DNA of 64,000 nt from Chloropicon primus (Eukaryota), in the NCBI GenBank assembly GCA_023205875.1, contig CP060754.1:496001-560000 (forward strand), written 5' to 3'. The notes under the pieces were generated by a model. The model ran no database searches and was not told the origin of the DNA. It saw nothing but the letters and a program-made list of their open reading frames with translations. The translations under genes were made by a program, and so were the position numbers. Positions 20,053 through 30,404 of the stretch are shown in pieces; the first letter of the stretch is position 1; each line of letters opens with the position of its first letter.

Positions 20053-20192
20053 CGTGCTCCGGGGGTGTGGCAAGGGGGTGCAGCTGAGGCTTCTCCCCGA
20101 GGTTAGGCTTCGCTCGCCCTTGATGAGAACGGCCTCGGCGGAGCACCTGCTCTTTGCGGGGCTGCGTTGCCCGTCCTAAGGGCTCGAGCACG
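20053..20192 (+). ncRNA. Candidate structured non-coding RNA (family unassigned)
   Basis: Four nested complementary stems in a GC-rich island flanked by A-rich and T-rich low-complexity sequence (see findings). I recognised no family motif. Confidence 0.3.
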
Positions 20193-20444
20193 GTTAAAGG
20201 TGATTGGGTTTGTTTTTGTTTGGTAGCCAATCTTGGACTCCTCTCTCCGACAATGTTTCCCTCCCATTGCCATTGCGAGCAGCGAGCCGTTGAATTTTGT
20301 AACGGACCCCGACAGATAAGGGGGACGGACTCAAAAAAGGAGAGCACACCGAGACGACGACGAGGACGCTGGCGTTGCGGGAGAACGAAACGATCCTTGC
20401 GAGTCGACGCCGACGTCGACGCCGAAGAAGAGGATCGCCACGCG

Positions 20445-22108
20445 ATGGCGACGGGGGAGAGACAAACGAAAACGCGGGGGTCGGGCCCGTTGTGGAGGGT
20501 GAAGATGGCTGACGCGTCCTTGAGGAACATGGGTCGCGTTTGCCTGGACACGGTGACGGAGGGGGCGGACCTCCTCATCGAGGAGAGGAGGCAGACCTCG
20601 CAGAGAAGGTGAGTTGGGGTCTCTCGACGAAGTCTCGACGAAGTCTCCTCTTTCTGACTTTTCTTTTCTATTGTTTTCTGCCCCTCTCGCGTCGTCGTGC
20701 TTGCAGGTCGACCGTGAGCGAGAACGCCAAGTACCTGGTGCTGCACAGGATGGCCCCGACGAAGAAGGTGTTCCGCGACAGCTACAGCATGATGGAGTTC
20801 GCTCGCGACATTATTAGGCCGAGGCAGCTCAAGCTGACAAGAATCAAGGAAATCATCCTGTCCAACAGCGCGAAGACGAAGGACAAGTACATAAAGCTCG
20901 TGTACTCGAACAAGGGGAAGGGGTGCGACGAGTACCTCAAGCTGATCTTCGACGACTCCTCCATGTTCTCGAGGTGGACGCTCGCCTTGTCCGCCCTCGT
21001 CTACATCTGGAAGTGGATCGAGATGCCCCAGTTTGAGGGCCGGAGCCCCGCAGAGCAGGAGGAGCAGGCCAGCCTGGAGATGAGGCAGATCCACGAGTTG
21101 GGTCCAACGGGCAAGCAGCTGGTGTCCGACCTTCTCTGCAATCTCATCGTGAACGAGAAAATCAGGAAGAAGTACTGGTCGAGGGCTTCCAAGCTGCTCA
21201 CCGAGTTGGACTACTGGAACTGGCGCCTCCCCACCCCGCAGGAGGAGGCGCAGCGCCAAGTGGTGTACGACCGCATTCACAAGGACAAGGTGGCGACGGA
21301 GGAGAAGAAAAGGGAGGCCGGGAAGGACCAGCCGGCGGGGGACCACGATCGACCCTTCGAGATTCGTAGGAGGAACTCTGCCCCCGTGATCCTTTCCAAC
21401 TTGAACGAGCTGTACACGATCCCAGAAGACGCGGACCAGAGCGGTTCCAACGCGTGCGGTTCCAGCGCGAATTCCTCGGCGGAGAAGGAGAACCCTTGCC
21501 AGCGCAAGGGCAGGGAGAGGGTGCAGAAAACTTTCCGAAGGGTGTCCAACCACGCAGCGATTGAGTACACGGGGAGCTCGGACAGCGAGACGCAGACGCC
21601 GGCCGCGTCCGACATCGAGGAGGACGAAAAGGAAGCGAGGACGATGATGGCAACGAGGGTGGTCCACCCCGTTGACAGTGTTCACGCTGCTCCTCCAGCG
21701 GAGAACCAAGGGCACGTCGAGGAAGAAGGGGAGGTCCTGCGAGTGGAGGCCGGAGAGGCCTCGAGCAAGGAATTTTCGAACGAATTCTTCGCGGCCCTGA
21801 ACACTCTGGAGAGAAAATCCAAGTGGAAGCGAAAGATGAAACTCATGAAGGACACCATGTTGAAGACCCTCTCACAAGTGGAGGTCCGGATCGGACAGTT
21901 AGAGAGAGACATCGAGGAGTCCGACGTGCGGAGTCACTACGAGATGGCCGCAAATTCTGGCGCAGGCAAGGCGAAAGCGGTGGTGGACGAAGACCTCCTG
22001 AAAGCATCCCTTTGGAGGACGGTGGTTCAGCTCTCGATGGATCTGCAGAGGGAGAAGGACTTGCACAAGGCAACCAAGCTCGAGCTCGCCTCCCTCGAGT
22101 GCAAATAA
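20445..22108 (+). CDS. Hypothetical protein with a PH-like N-terminal region and C-terminal coiled coil, 2 exons
   Basis: Exons 20445-20608 and 20707-22108 (GTGAGT...CAG, phase 2 in frame). LKLTRIKEII...LKLIFDDSSMFSRWTLALSAL resembles a PH-domain terminal strand and Trp helix. Start codon uncertain. Confidence 0.65.
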
Positions 22109-22321
22109 TAAAGCTTTTTCCGGTTTTTTTTTATTTGATTGATCAGAGGTCGATCGGAATCGGAGGAGCGATACGATCGTTTCTTGCGCTGTCACGACAC
22201 AGAGACAGGGGACCCGGAGGAAGGAGGACCCCGGGTGGTCCGAACGCTCCGTCGCCGTCGGGGGAGGAGACGGAAATACTCCTGCGCGCGAGTCGTCGCG
22301 ACGCGACAGCGAGTTCACAAA

Positions 22322-23149
22322 ATGATCATCCCGGGACGCAAGGCGCTCCTCTCTTGTCTCGCGTGGGTGGCGGCATTCGCTCTGGTGCTTCCTGGGGTCG
22401 CGGGGCGTGACAGGGGCCTGCAACTCAACTCTCACGTGCTCCTGTACGGGTAAGAAGTCCGATCTCGATCGATCGATCTCGAAGCTGCTGATCATCGATC
22501 ACCCCTCCTGGTCAGGAACGGATCCACAACGCGATCGCAGAGCACGGCTGACCTCCGCTTCTTCTGCAGGCAGCTCAACCCCCCAGCGGGCTCGTCGGAC
22601 CCCGGTGCAAGCATTCATGTTCACGCCACCGTGCTCGAGAGGGGAGGGCGAAGTTACGAGTCAAGCGCGACGTGGTCGAACGACTTTCCATCATCTTACA
22701 GTCTGCACATTCCCGTCGGCTCAACCGAAGGGGGGGGCCAAGACAGAACACCAATGCTGTCCCCCGCCCACGAGGTCCGCGCAACGGCGACATTCGTGCT
22801 CAACAGCTCCGATTGCGCCCTCTTCATGGAAAAGCAGAGTCACGCCACCGCAAACGGCTTTCACGCCAGAATAGACTTTGAGTGGAATGGCCACGCCGCG
22901 TCAGTGGTCTCGAGGTGAGCTCCCTTCTCCTTTGATCTCTCTTGCACTTGGAGCTCGTAACTTACACCCAAAATCCTCTGCAGGTGCAAAAGCGATCGCC
23001 AGGGCGTCGCCGTAATGCCACCTGGTCTCCCCCTCGTCAGTGTCGTCCTCGCCAACATCCTTGTGCTTGGCCTAATGGCGCGAGGAAGGAACCACCTTCG
23101 TCGAGGACTGTGGAAGAGGGACGACAAGGGGCGCCTGCGTAAGCAATGA
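22322..23149 (+). CDS. Hypothetical type-I membrane protein, 3 exons
   Basis: Exons 22322-22449, 22570-22914, 22984-23149 join in frame via GT-AG introns. Signal peptide MIIPGRKALLSCLAWVAAFALVLPGVAG, TM LPLVSVVLANILVLGLMA, basic tail. Confidence 0.7.
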
Positions 23150-23403
23150 TACCCGTGCTGCCACCCCTTCCCTGTAATTCACTCACTTCGTTTTTGTCGC
23201 GGCGTTTGCCTGCAAAGCCACTTTTTCAAAGATTTGGGAGTATATCTCTATACGCGCGACGCGTGCCAACGTTCAAGTAGAGCTGCTTGAGCTGTCTCGC
23301 AGGCTGTCTCGTAGGCCAAAGGACGAGAAGGAAGGTCTGTGAAGGGCCTCGAGAGCGCCAAGGAAAGGCAGGGAGAGGAGGTTGTGTCGAAGAGGCAGCC
23401 ACC

Positions 23404-24591
23404 ATGGGGAAGGGAAGGAAAGAGTCCGACAACACTGTGGTGAACCCACTTGCGCCGAGGAAAAAGAAAAGTCCTCTGGACATCGAGGCCGGTGGTAGCG
23501 CAACCAAGTCTCCCTTGAAGGGACTGGGCGGAGGGGCGAGCAAGTGGAAGGTGGTTCAGAAGAAGTTCGAGGACTACAAGGAGGCCAAGCAAGAGACCAC
23601 CCTCGGCGGGAAGCGTCTCATCTCGAGCCTGAGAAACCAGCTCCTGGACGAGTCGGGACAGCCAAACCCAAAGAAAATCCTTTTGCTCAGGGCCCTCCAG
23701 AAGAAGGAGCAGCAGAACTACGACGGTGTCGTGGACCAGTTGGCAAACGAAGCTTTCATCTGGATGTCTGAGCTCTTCGCTCTGCTGACCCCAGGAAGCT
23801 CTGGGAACTACCACCGCATCTGTACCTATATTTTCACTCTTTCTTGCATCTTTGTCTACCTGTTTATGGTCGGCGACTATGGCAACACGGAAGAGCACCC
23901 TTTGCCCGACAAATACGACAACTCCACCGCCGCTGAGAGGTTCAAGTGGATCGTGACGGATAGAGGTGACACTGCCCTGGCTTTCAAGGCAGACTACCTC
24001 ATAAAGTGGGGAGCGAGGTACCTTCCTTACATCAAGGACAAGGACGAGCACTGGCGTTGGTTCACGAACATGCTTTTGCACGAGGGTGCCAGTCACTGCT
24101 TCACGAACATGACGATGTTCTTCACTCTTTCGTACCATCTTGAGCGAAAGTATGGCTGGTGGCGAGTCGGGTTTGTCATTCTTTTGGCGGGTCTTGGCGG
24201 AAACTTTGTGTCCGCCATGTTCGAGGACAGCTGCAAGGTCTACGTGGGTTTTTCTGGAGTCTGCTTCGGGCTGTTCGGCCTCTTCGTGGCTGACATTGTG
24301 CTGAACTACGAGACGGTTCGGAAGCCAAAGACGAAGATCATACTCGTTGGAATGTTTCTGCTTGTCATGGTGGCACAAATCATACTGGAGGGTCAGACGT
24401 CGCACCTTTCGCACGTGGGGGGACTCCTTTGCGGGCTCTTGCCCTCTTTTGCCTTCCTTCCCAACTTCTCATCAGAGAGATGGGAAGTCATGCTGCCGCC
24501 CTTGGGGATTCTTACCATACTCGTCACCGGTGGCCTGTTTCCACCGTATGTGTACTACGAGACCATGAAGAATGTCAACTGTGAACCGTGA
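23404..24591 (+). CDS. Rhomboid intramembrane serine protease
   Basis: WRWFTNMLLH...H...N, catalytic GFSG, SHLSHVGGLLCG; multiple TM helices. Confidence 0.9.
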   Translation: MGKGRKESDNTVVNPLAPRKKKSPLDIEAGGSATKSPLKGLGGGASKWKVVQKKFEDYKEAKQETTLGGKRLISSLRNQLLDESGQPNPKKILLLRALQKKEQQNYDGVVDQLANEAFIWMSELFALLTPGSSGNYHRICTYIFTLSCIFVYLFMVGDYGNTEEHPLPDKYDNSTAAERFKWIVTDRGDTALAFKADYLIKWGARYLPYIKDKDEHWRWFTNMLLHEGASHCFTNMTMFFTLSYHLERKYGWWRVGFVILLAGLGGNFVSAMFEDSCKVYVGFSGVCFGLFGLFVADIVLNYETVRKPKTKIILVGMFLLVMVAQIILEGQTSHLSHVGGLLCGLLPSFAFLPNFSSERWEVMLPPLGILTILVTGGLFPPYVYYETMKNVNCEP

Positions 24592-24735
24592 TAAGCGTTC
24601 GAACAGGGTTGCTGTATGTTATTACTCATGTGTCAAACAATTTTGATTTAGTTCACACCAACGCATTATATTCCCCTCCTCCCCCTCCTCCTCCCCCCTC
24701 CTCCCCCTCTCTTTGATAGTCAAAAACCTTTGGTA

Positions 24736-25974
24736 CTACCTGGTCCGCCTCCCCTTCGAGATGGACCACGATGGAACTGTGATGTCGCAGCTCTCCAGAG
24801 CCTGCAAGTATTCCTTGCTCCCAATTTCAAGCTCATTCCGCAAGTTGTTCAAAATCTGGAGAACGCTGGTCATCTTGAAAGCCCTTTTGGGAAGGAGAGC
24901 GATCAGCCGCTGGAAGTCTTTGTGGTCGTACTCGTATCCTCCCTCGATGACATACTTCACCTGCGAGATTATAACCTTCTCGGCTGGGGTATGCCGCGTC
25001 ATGGAGTCAAAAAACTGAATGAAGCTAAAGTACCACTTGTGCATGTTCAGCGCGTTCAGCCTGGCTTCGATCTTGACTCTCTCCGCCTCAAGCTTCCACC
25101 TCTCCGTGCTGAACGTGTGGTAATCCGTGTTGAAAGACTGCAACTTTCTTTTGTACGTCTCAAACCTCTCCTCGGACAAAGACTTCAACTTGGTCGCCAA
25201 GTTGTCGTTCATTTTTGTCTTCACTTGCCTGAACTCATCCAACCGGTTGCTCATGGATGTGGAGGGGTCGAGCGTCAGGGGCTCCATGGAAAGGCTCGAC
25301 ACTTTCAGCTCGCCAGGAACGTTAGGGAGCTTCGGGGAGACAAGCTTGCTTGTGCTTTCTTGTTGCCGCTGCGCTTCCCTCTTCTCCGGCGACGCGGTCG
25401 GCGAGGGGACGACTGGCAGCCTCATCTTGGTGCTCGGAGACGCCTGGGGGCTGTTCAAGTTGCCGCTCTGGCTCAATCTGCTCACAATTTTCGGCAGGGG
25501 CTCCCCGCTCTTCGGGCTCTTCGTCGGGCTCTGCTTAAACAGAACGTCCTTGAAGCTGGCGCCAGACCTGCACCCAATCCGCCTGATGTTCGAGTTCTTA
25601 ATCTCTGTCTTGAGGTCGAAGCACGAGTTGTCCTCCTCCTCCTCGTCCAGGTCCCCGTACGCATTATCAGAGGCTCCGCTCAGCGTGTTCAGAACCATCT
25701 TGGACGACTTCTTGCCCTTCGCGTCGTTCCCGAGCCCCTGGCCGTACCTGGCATAGGACTGCTTCAGCAGGTTGACCTTCCTCTTGTCAAGCACGTCAGG
25801 CGTGCCCAAGGGCCGGTAGGGCTTGTGAACTGAGCTCGCCCAACCACAAGACACTCGCCTCTGCGCCCGGTGGGCCGTGATCTTGTCTTTCTCCATCTCC
25901 AGGCTGTTCGACTGGTACGAGAACATGCCCCTCGTCTTCGAGAGGACGTGCTCATAGTGCTTCCCACCCAACAT
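24736..25974 (-). CDS. Hypothetical protein (disordered Ser/Pro-rich middle, helical C-terminus)
   Basis: 412-codon ATG-initiated ORF with codon usage like its neighbours; no recognised domain. Confidence 0.7.
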   Translation of the reverse strand: MLGGKHYEHVLSKTRGMFSYQSNSLEMEKDKITAHRAQRRVSCGWASSVHKPYRPLGTPDVLDKRKVNLLKQSYARYGQGLGNDAKGKKSSKMVLNTLSGASDNAYGDLDEEEEDNSCFDLKTEIKNSNIRRIGCRSGASFKDVLFKQSPTKSPKSGEPLPKIVSRLSQSGNLNSPQASPSTKMRLPVVPSPTASPEKREAQRQQESTSKLVSPKLPNVPGELKVSSLSMEPLTLDPSTSMSNRLDEFRQVKTKMNDNLATKLKSLSEERFETYKRKLQSFNTDYHTFSTERWKLEAERVKIEARLNALNMHKWYFSFIQFFDSMTRHTPAEKVIISQVKYVIEGGYEYDHKDFQRLIALLPKRAFKMTSVLQILNNLRNELEIGSKEYLQALESCDITVPSWSISKGRRTR

Positions 25975-26439
25975 CCTTCCCCCGCGAAAAAGAAAAGAGG
26001 TGCTGAAACTTTGGTTCGCCCTTTTCTAGCTCGCTTGTCTTCTACTTCTTCCCCTCATTCTGGTCCCGCTTACGACGTGTTCCCGCAGAAGGTGTCCGGT
26101 TCCCCATCTTTGTCACCGAATTGTTCTTCAACCACTCCACCTCGTCAAGGTGGGCTCGCTCGTCGTCTCCTGTGCCTTGGTCCTGCACGTTGGGTCACTT
26201 GTTGCTTCGCGCCAGGAAAAAGGAGGGGTAATAGATGTGTCTTTTCGTCGTCGTTGTTGTAAGCTGTTTTCTTGGGTGACGTTTCTTGACCAGCAATCAA
26301 AGAGTCAAAGATACAATAGTTTACGATGTCCAAATCTTATAATCCTACGTCCTTGCAAAGAAAGGTTCGGTTCGGTCGGTTCCGGGAGAAGAAGTTCGCG
26401 TTCCTTGAACGTGCCGTGGTCCCATAGAGGTTCAGAGGT

Positions 26440-27984
26440 TCAGGCAGATGCGGAGAAGATTTTGACCTGTGGTGTCTCGCTAAAAGTTGCGATGACGTTT
26501 TGCAGTGGGTGGTGGCACAAGCCGATGGGTTCCCTTTCCGAAACTTCCATACACTCTTCTATGCGGCACGTCTCCATCTGAAAGGCGTACAGTTTTCTGT
26601 CCGCTGCAAGGCCGTAGATGTACTCCCCCCTGGTGCTCACGCAGGCTGCAACGAAATCCTCGGCCTCGTCCTTCTCAACGTGGAAGCTCTTGATCACCTG
26701 CCCCTCCTGAGTCATCAAGTACATGGTGGGAGATCTGTTGCAAACCACGAAATGGTCGATGTTTTTCGGGTAAGGGTGAACGGAGAGCACGGCAGCCTCG
26801 TCCGCCGCGTGCCTCTGTGGTGGCCTGATCTTCTTGACGCACTCCGTGGTCTTCAGGTCCCAGAGCGAGACCGTGCCGTCGCTTGAGGCGCTGAGAATTT
26901 GCTGGCCATTGTTGAAGTAGATGGCGTGGTTCACGTAGGAAGTGTGCCCCCTGAACTCCTTCAAGACCCGCCCGGACTTCAGCCCATGAATTCGTATGAC
27001 CGTGTCGAAGGAGCCGCTCAGGACTTGGCCCCCGTCCTTGGAGAAACACACGGTCGTCACCCCGTTCGTGTGCGCGTTGGAGATGGTCCGGATGCACTGC
27101 CCGGACCGGTACCTCCAGACCTTGATCACGCCCGACTGATCGCCGGAGCAGATGAGCTCGCCGTCCCTGCTGAAGTTCACGGAAAGAATCGGACAGGAGT
27201 GAAGCATGAACTTCTCCGAGGCCTGGTAGCTCAAGTCCTTCTTCAGTTTGTACGTCGCCGTGTCCCAGATCTCCAAAAACCCGTCCACGGACCCTGTTAT
27301 CAGCACAAGCCCGTCTGGGGAGAACTTGGCGCACTCGATGTGGCAGTCCTTGCCGAACTTGATGGCAGTGGACAACGAAGTGGGGCACTTCTCCTCCTCG
27401 TCCATCTTGCCAACTGCCACCCCCCTCAGCAGGTCGATCTCCGCGCCGTCCGGGAGAGCCCCCTGCAGCCTCTGCCACTTCAGGGCCTGGCCAACAATTG
27501 TCATGAGGCGCGAGGGGGGGATGATGGAAACCTCCTGAGAGAGTTCTGTCGCAATCTTGGCCCGCTTCTTGTCCTTGGTGGTGCCTGGGTACAGGTCCCG
27601 AGCGTCCACATAAATTCTTCCCATGAGGTTCTCCAGCTTGAGATACCTCGGCTCGTCCTCTTTCCGCAGGACTGACATCACCTGCGTCTGCCTCAGCAGC
27701 GTCCTCGCCACGTCCAGCTCCTTCAGCTCCGTCATCTCCAGTATTATCTGCTCGTACAAGTCCTGCAGCTTCTTCTGTGGCACCTGAAGCTTGCTCACCT
27801 GCGACAGAACAGAGTCCCAGCGGCCGTTGTTGATGTCCGACACGAACGAGTCTATGCTGTCCACGGTGTTCAGGCTCGTCTGGCACTCATCCTCGATGGC
27901 CGCGAACGACCTCGTGAGGTTGTTCTCCTTGCAGAACTGCAGGATGACCTTGATCACGTCGCTCGCTTCAATCTGGAGCGTCAT
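26440..27984 (-). CDS. SMU1: Spliceosomal WD40 protein SMU1
   Basis: IEASDVIKVILQFCKENNL (LisH), SLNTVDS, PPSRLM..VGQALKWQ, IKFG...H.ECAKFSPDG, LKEFRGHTSYVN. ATG at 27984. Confidence 0.96.
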   Translation of the reverse strand: MTLQIEASDVIKVILQFCKENNLTRSFAAIEDECQTSLNTVDSIDSFVSDINNGRWDSVLSQVSKLQVPQKKLQDLYEQIILEMTELKELDVARTLLRQTQVMSVLRKEDEPRYLKLENLMGRIYVDARDLYPGTTKDKKRAKIATELSQEVSIIPPSRLMTIVGQALKWQRLQGALPDGAEIDLLRGVAVGKMDEEEKCPTSLSTAIKFGKDCHIECAKFSPDGLVLITGSVDGFLEIWDTATYKLKKDLSYQASEKFMLHSCPILSVNFSRDGELICSGDQSGVIKVWRYRSGQCIRTISNAHTNGVTTVCFSKDGGQVLSGSFDTVIRIHGLKSGRVLKEFRGHTSYVNHAIYFNNGQQILSASSDGTVSLWDLKTTECVKKIRPPQRHAADEAAVLSVHPYPKNIDHFVVCNRSPTMYLMTQEGQVIKSFHVEKDEAEDFVAACVSTRGEYIYGLAADRKLYAFQMETCRIEECMEVSEREPIGLCHHPLQNVIATFSETPQVKIFSASA

Positions 27985-28402
27985 CCTCTCTGACCCTCTC
28001 ACTTCCGCCACGCGCGCGCCACAATGGGGGCTCTTCCCTTGCGATCCCAAACAATCTCAGAGCACAAGCCACCCCCCCCCCACTCCCACCCCTTGGCAAG
28101 GTAACCCGATATCCTCTCCTTCCTCTCCTCGCTCCTCGGCCTCTCCCCCTCGACGAGAAGGCTGCTAGTGAGACTGCGCGATCGCCGGCTGCGGGGTGCG
28201 GCAAAGAGAGAGAGAGAGGAAGGGGACGACGTGTCCGGTTTGGTGAGGGAAGGGTAGGGCTGTCGAGGGAAACAGCGTCTCCGGGGCTCCTTCGTGCTGA
28301 CGCCTCACTCGAAGGATTTGTTCGCTGACGCAGACGAACGGCAAGGAGGCCGGCGATAGGGGAGCGCGACGCCCGTGAGAAGGGAAGGGAAGGGAAGGGA
28401 AG

Positions 28403-29728
28403 ATGGACGACCTCGACATAAGCTTCGACTTTGAGAGCAACTTGAATGCGGGGGGGACGGACGTGGCCGCTCTGCCGAGCACGGGGGGCGCGGGTGCGGG
28501 GGGGGTGGGCTTCGGGGGGGGCCCGGCGGGGGGGCCGAGCGGTCCGGGGGGGGCGAGTGGCGGGTCCGGGGCTCTGATGCACGCGTCTGGGCGGCCGAAG
28601 TTCACCCAGTACGTCAGCAAGAAGAACTTCAGGCAGACCGTGTGCAGGCACTGGCTGAGGGGCCTCTGCATGAAGGGCGAGCAGTGCGGTTTTCTCCACC
28701 AGTTCGATCAGTCGCGGATGCCAATCTGCCGCTTCTTCGCAAAGTACGGGGTGTGCCGGGAGCCCGAGTGCGTCTTCAAGCACTCGACGGAGGAGGTGAA
28801 GGAGTGCAACATGTTCAACCTCGGTTTCTGCATCCACGGCCCCCTCTGCAGGTACAAGCACGTGCAGAGGCCCGGGCCCCCACCGCCACCCGAGACGGTG
28901 GAGCAGGCCAAGCCAAAGGCGTTCAGGAACGTGAGCTTGGATTCCAAGGCGGGGAACAACTACAGGAGGCAGTACCCCCAGATCCAGGGGGCCCAGCAGC
29001 CGCGGCTCCTGCCCTCGACTCAGTCCGGCGGAGGCGCCAGCAACAGCAACAACTTTGGTGGGGCCGGGGGGCGAGATCCTCAGTGCATCCCCGCGGCCCC
29101 TCCTCCGCGCCCGCCACGGGCACAGCCGCAAGCGCCTCCCCAGTCCTCTCCGCCTCCGCCTCCGCCGCCACGGGGCCCCGATCTCGGCGCGGGGCCGGCG
29201 GGTCAGCAGCCCCAAGCTCCAGCTCCCCCGGCGCCCCCTCGGGAGGACGCCGCGGGGTTCCTCCGAACCGAGAAGTGCAGGTTCTTCGTGGTTCACGTGA
29301 GGAACAGGAAGGACCTGTCCCAGGCCTTCTCCACGAACCAGTGGCCGACGAACCTCAGCACCAGGATGAAACTGAACGAGGCCTTCTCGACGGTGGACAA
29401 CATCCTCCTCGTGTTCGTGGACGTCTCGAGCCAGGGCCTCTGCGGGTTCGCCCGAATGGAGGGCGTGATAAGCAAGCCGAAGACGATGGTCGTGAGGAGG
29501 CCCGGGGGCAACTCGGGGAGCAGCATCCCGCTCAAGTGGCTCTCCAGATCGACGCTCCCCGCGTCCCAAGCCTCGCAGCTCTTGAACAAGTGGAACGACA
29601 ACAAGCCCCTGGTCCAGGCGCGGGACAGCCAGGAGGTCGACACGGAGACGGGGGGGGCCGCGCTGGGCGCCTTGCTCTCCTCGGCGGGCGGCGAGGACCT
29701 GGGGGGCAGGAAGAGGCCCCGGTCCTGA
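28403..29728 (+). CDS. CPSF30: CPSF30 (three CCCH fingers) with a C-terminal YTH-like domain
   Basis: FRQTVCRHWLRGLCMKGEQCGFLHQFD.SRMPICRFF...ECNMFNLGFCIHGPLCRYKH; YTH-like RFFVV...W.T....KLNEAF...GFARM...LKW...N.WNDNKP....RDSQEV. Confidence 0.92.
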   Translation: MDDLDISFDFESNLNAGGTDVAALPSTGGAGAGGVGFGGGPAGGPSGPGGASGGSGALMHASGRPKFTQYVSKKNFRQTVCRHWLRGLCMKGEQCGFLHQFDQSRMPICRFFAKYGVCREPECVFKHSTEEVKECNMFNLGFCIHGPLCRYKHVQRPGPPPPPETVEQAKPKAFRNVSLDSKAGNNYRRQYPQIQGAQQPRLLPSTQSGGGASNSNNFGGAGGRDPQCIPAAPPPRPPRAQPQAPPQSSPPPPPPPRGPDLGAGPAGQQPQAPAPPAPPREDAAGFLRTEKCRFFVVHVRNRKDLSQAFSTNQWPTNLSTRMKLNEAFSTVDNILLVFVDVSSQGLCGFARMEGVISKPKTMVVRRPGGNSGSSIPLKWLSRSTLPASQASQLLNKWNDNKPLVQARDSQEVDTETGGAALGALLSSAGGEDLGGRKRPRS

Positions 29729-29839
29729 TCTACAAAAAAGTGGTGGTGTGTATTATATATATATATATATATATTAGGAGAGAGAAGCGGCGCTGTCCAC
29801 GTCCTCTTTGTTTTTTGTTTTTACATATACACAGCTCGT

Positions 29840-30133
29840 CTAGTTTACCAGGTTCCTCAGCTCGTCGTTGATGGCCAGCTTGGCCATCTGCCGGTCGCGC
29901 TTGTGGTGCATCGCCTTCGTGAAGCGGTCCACCTTCTGCAGGGGCTTCTTCTCCTTCTCCGCGGCCCTGGCCTCCGCCTTGCGCAGGGCCTTGATAATCT
30001 TCCCTCCCCTCTTCTCCTCTCTTCCCACCACTCGGGTCACGTCCCAAGCCTGAGCGATGAAGTCGCTCTGCTTCTGCTTCTGGATGCTCGCTACCCTCTC
30101 CAGGAGTCGCACAAGTGATGCCCTCGTCGCCAT
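29840..30133 (-). CDS. Small basic protein (97 aa), possibly a bS21m-like mitoribosomal protein
   Basis: ACCATGG start context, presequence-like N-terminus, Lys/Arg-rich. Resemblance to bS21 is weak. Confidence 0.55.
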   Translation of the reverse strand: MATRASLVRLLERVASIQKQKQSDFIAQAWDVTRVVGREEKRGGKIIKALRKAEARAAEKEKKPLQKVDRFTKAMHHKRDRQMAKLAINDELRNLVN

Positions 30134-30404
30134 GGTAACCCCTCCTCCTCCTTGTCGCTCGCTCGGTCTTGTTCTTCTTCTTCTCGTCCTCGTCCTGCGC
30201 GCGCTCGTTCTTTTCGTTTTTTGGCCGTTCCAGCTTATCTCCAAGATGCTGAGGTGGCACATAGCCCTGCGCATGGAATTTTTGATCTCGATGTATTATT
30301 GTGCCGCAATCGTCGTCGTCGTACGACCATACGATACGACGATGGAAGGGAAAGAAGCAATCATATATATACTTTTTTTCTTCGTCTCTTTCTTTTGTTT
30401 TTTA

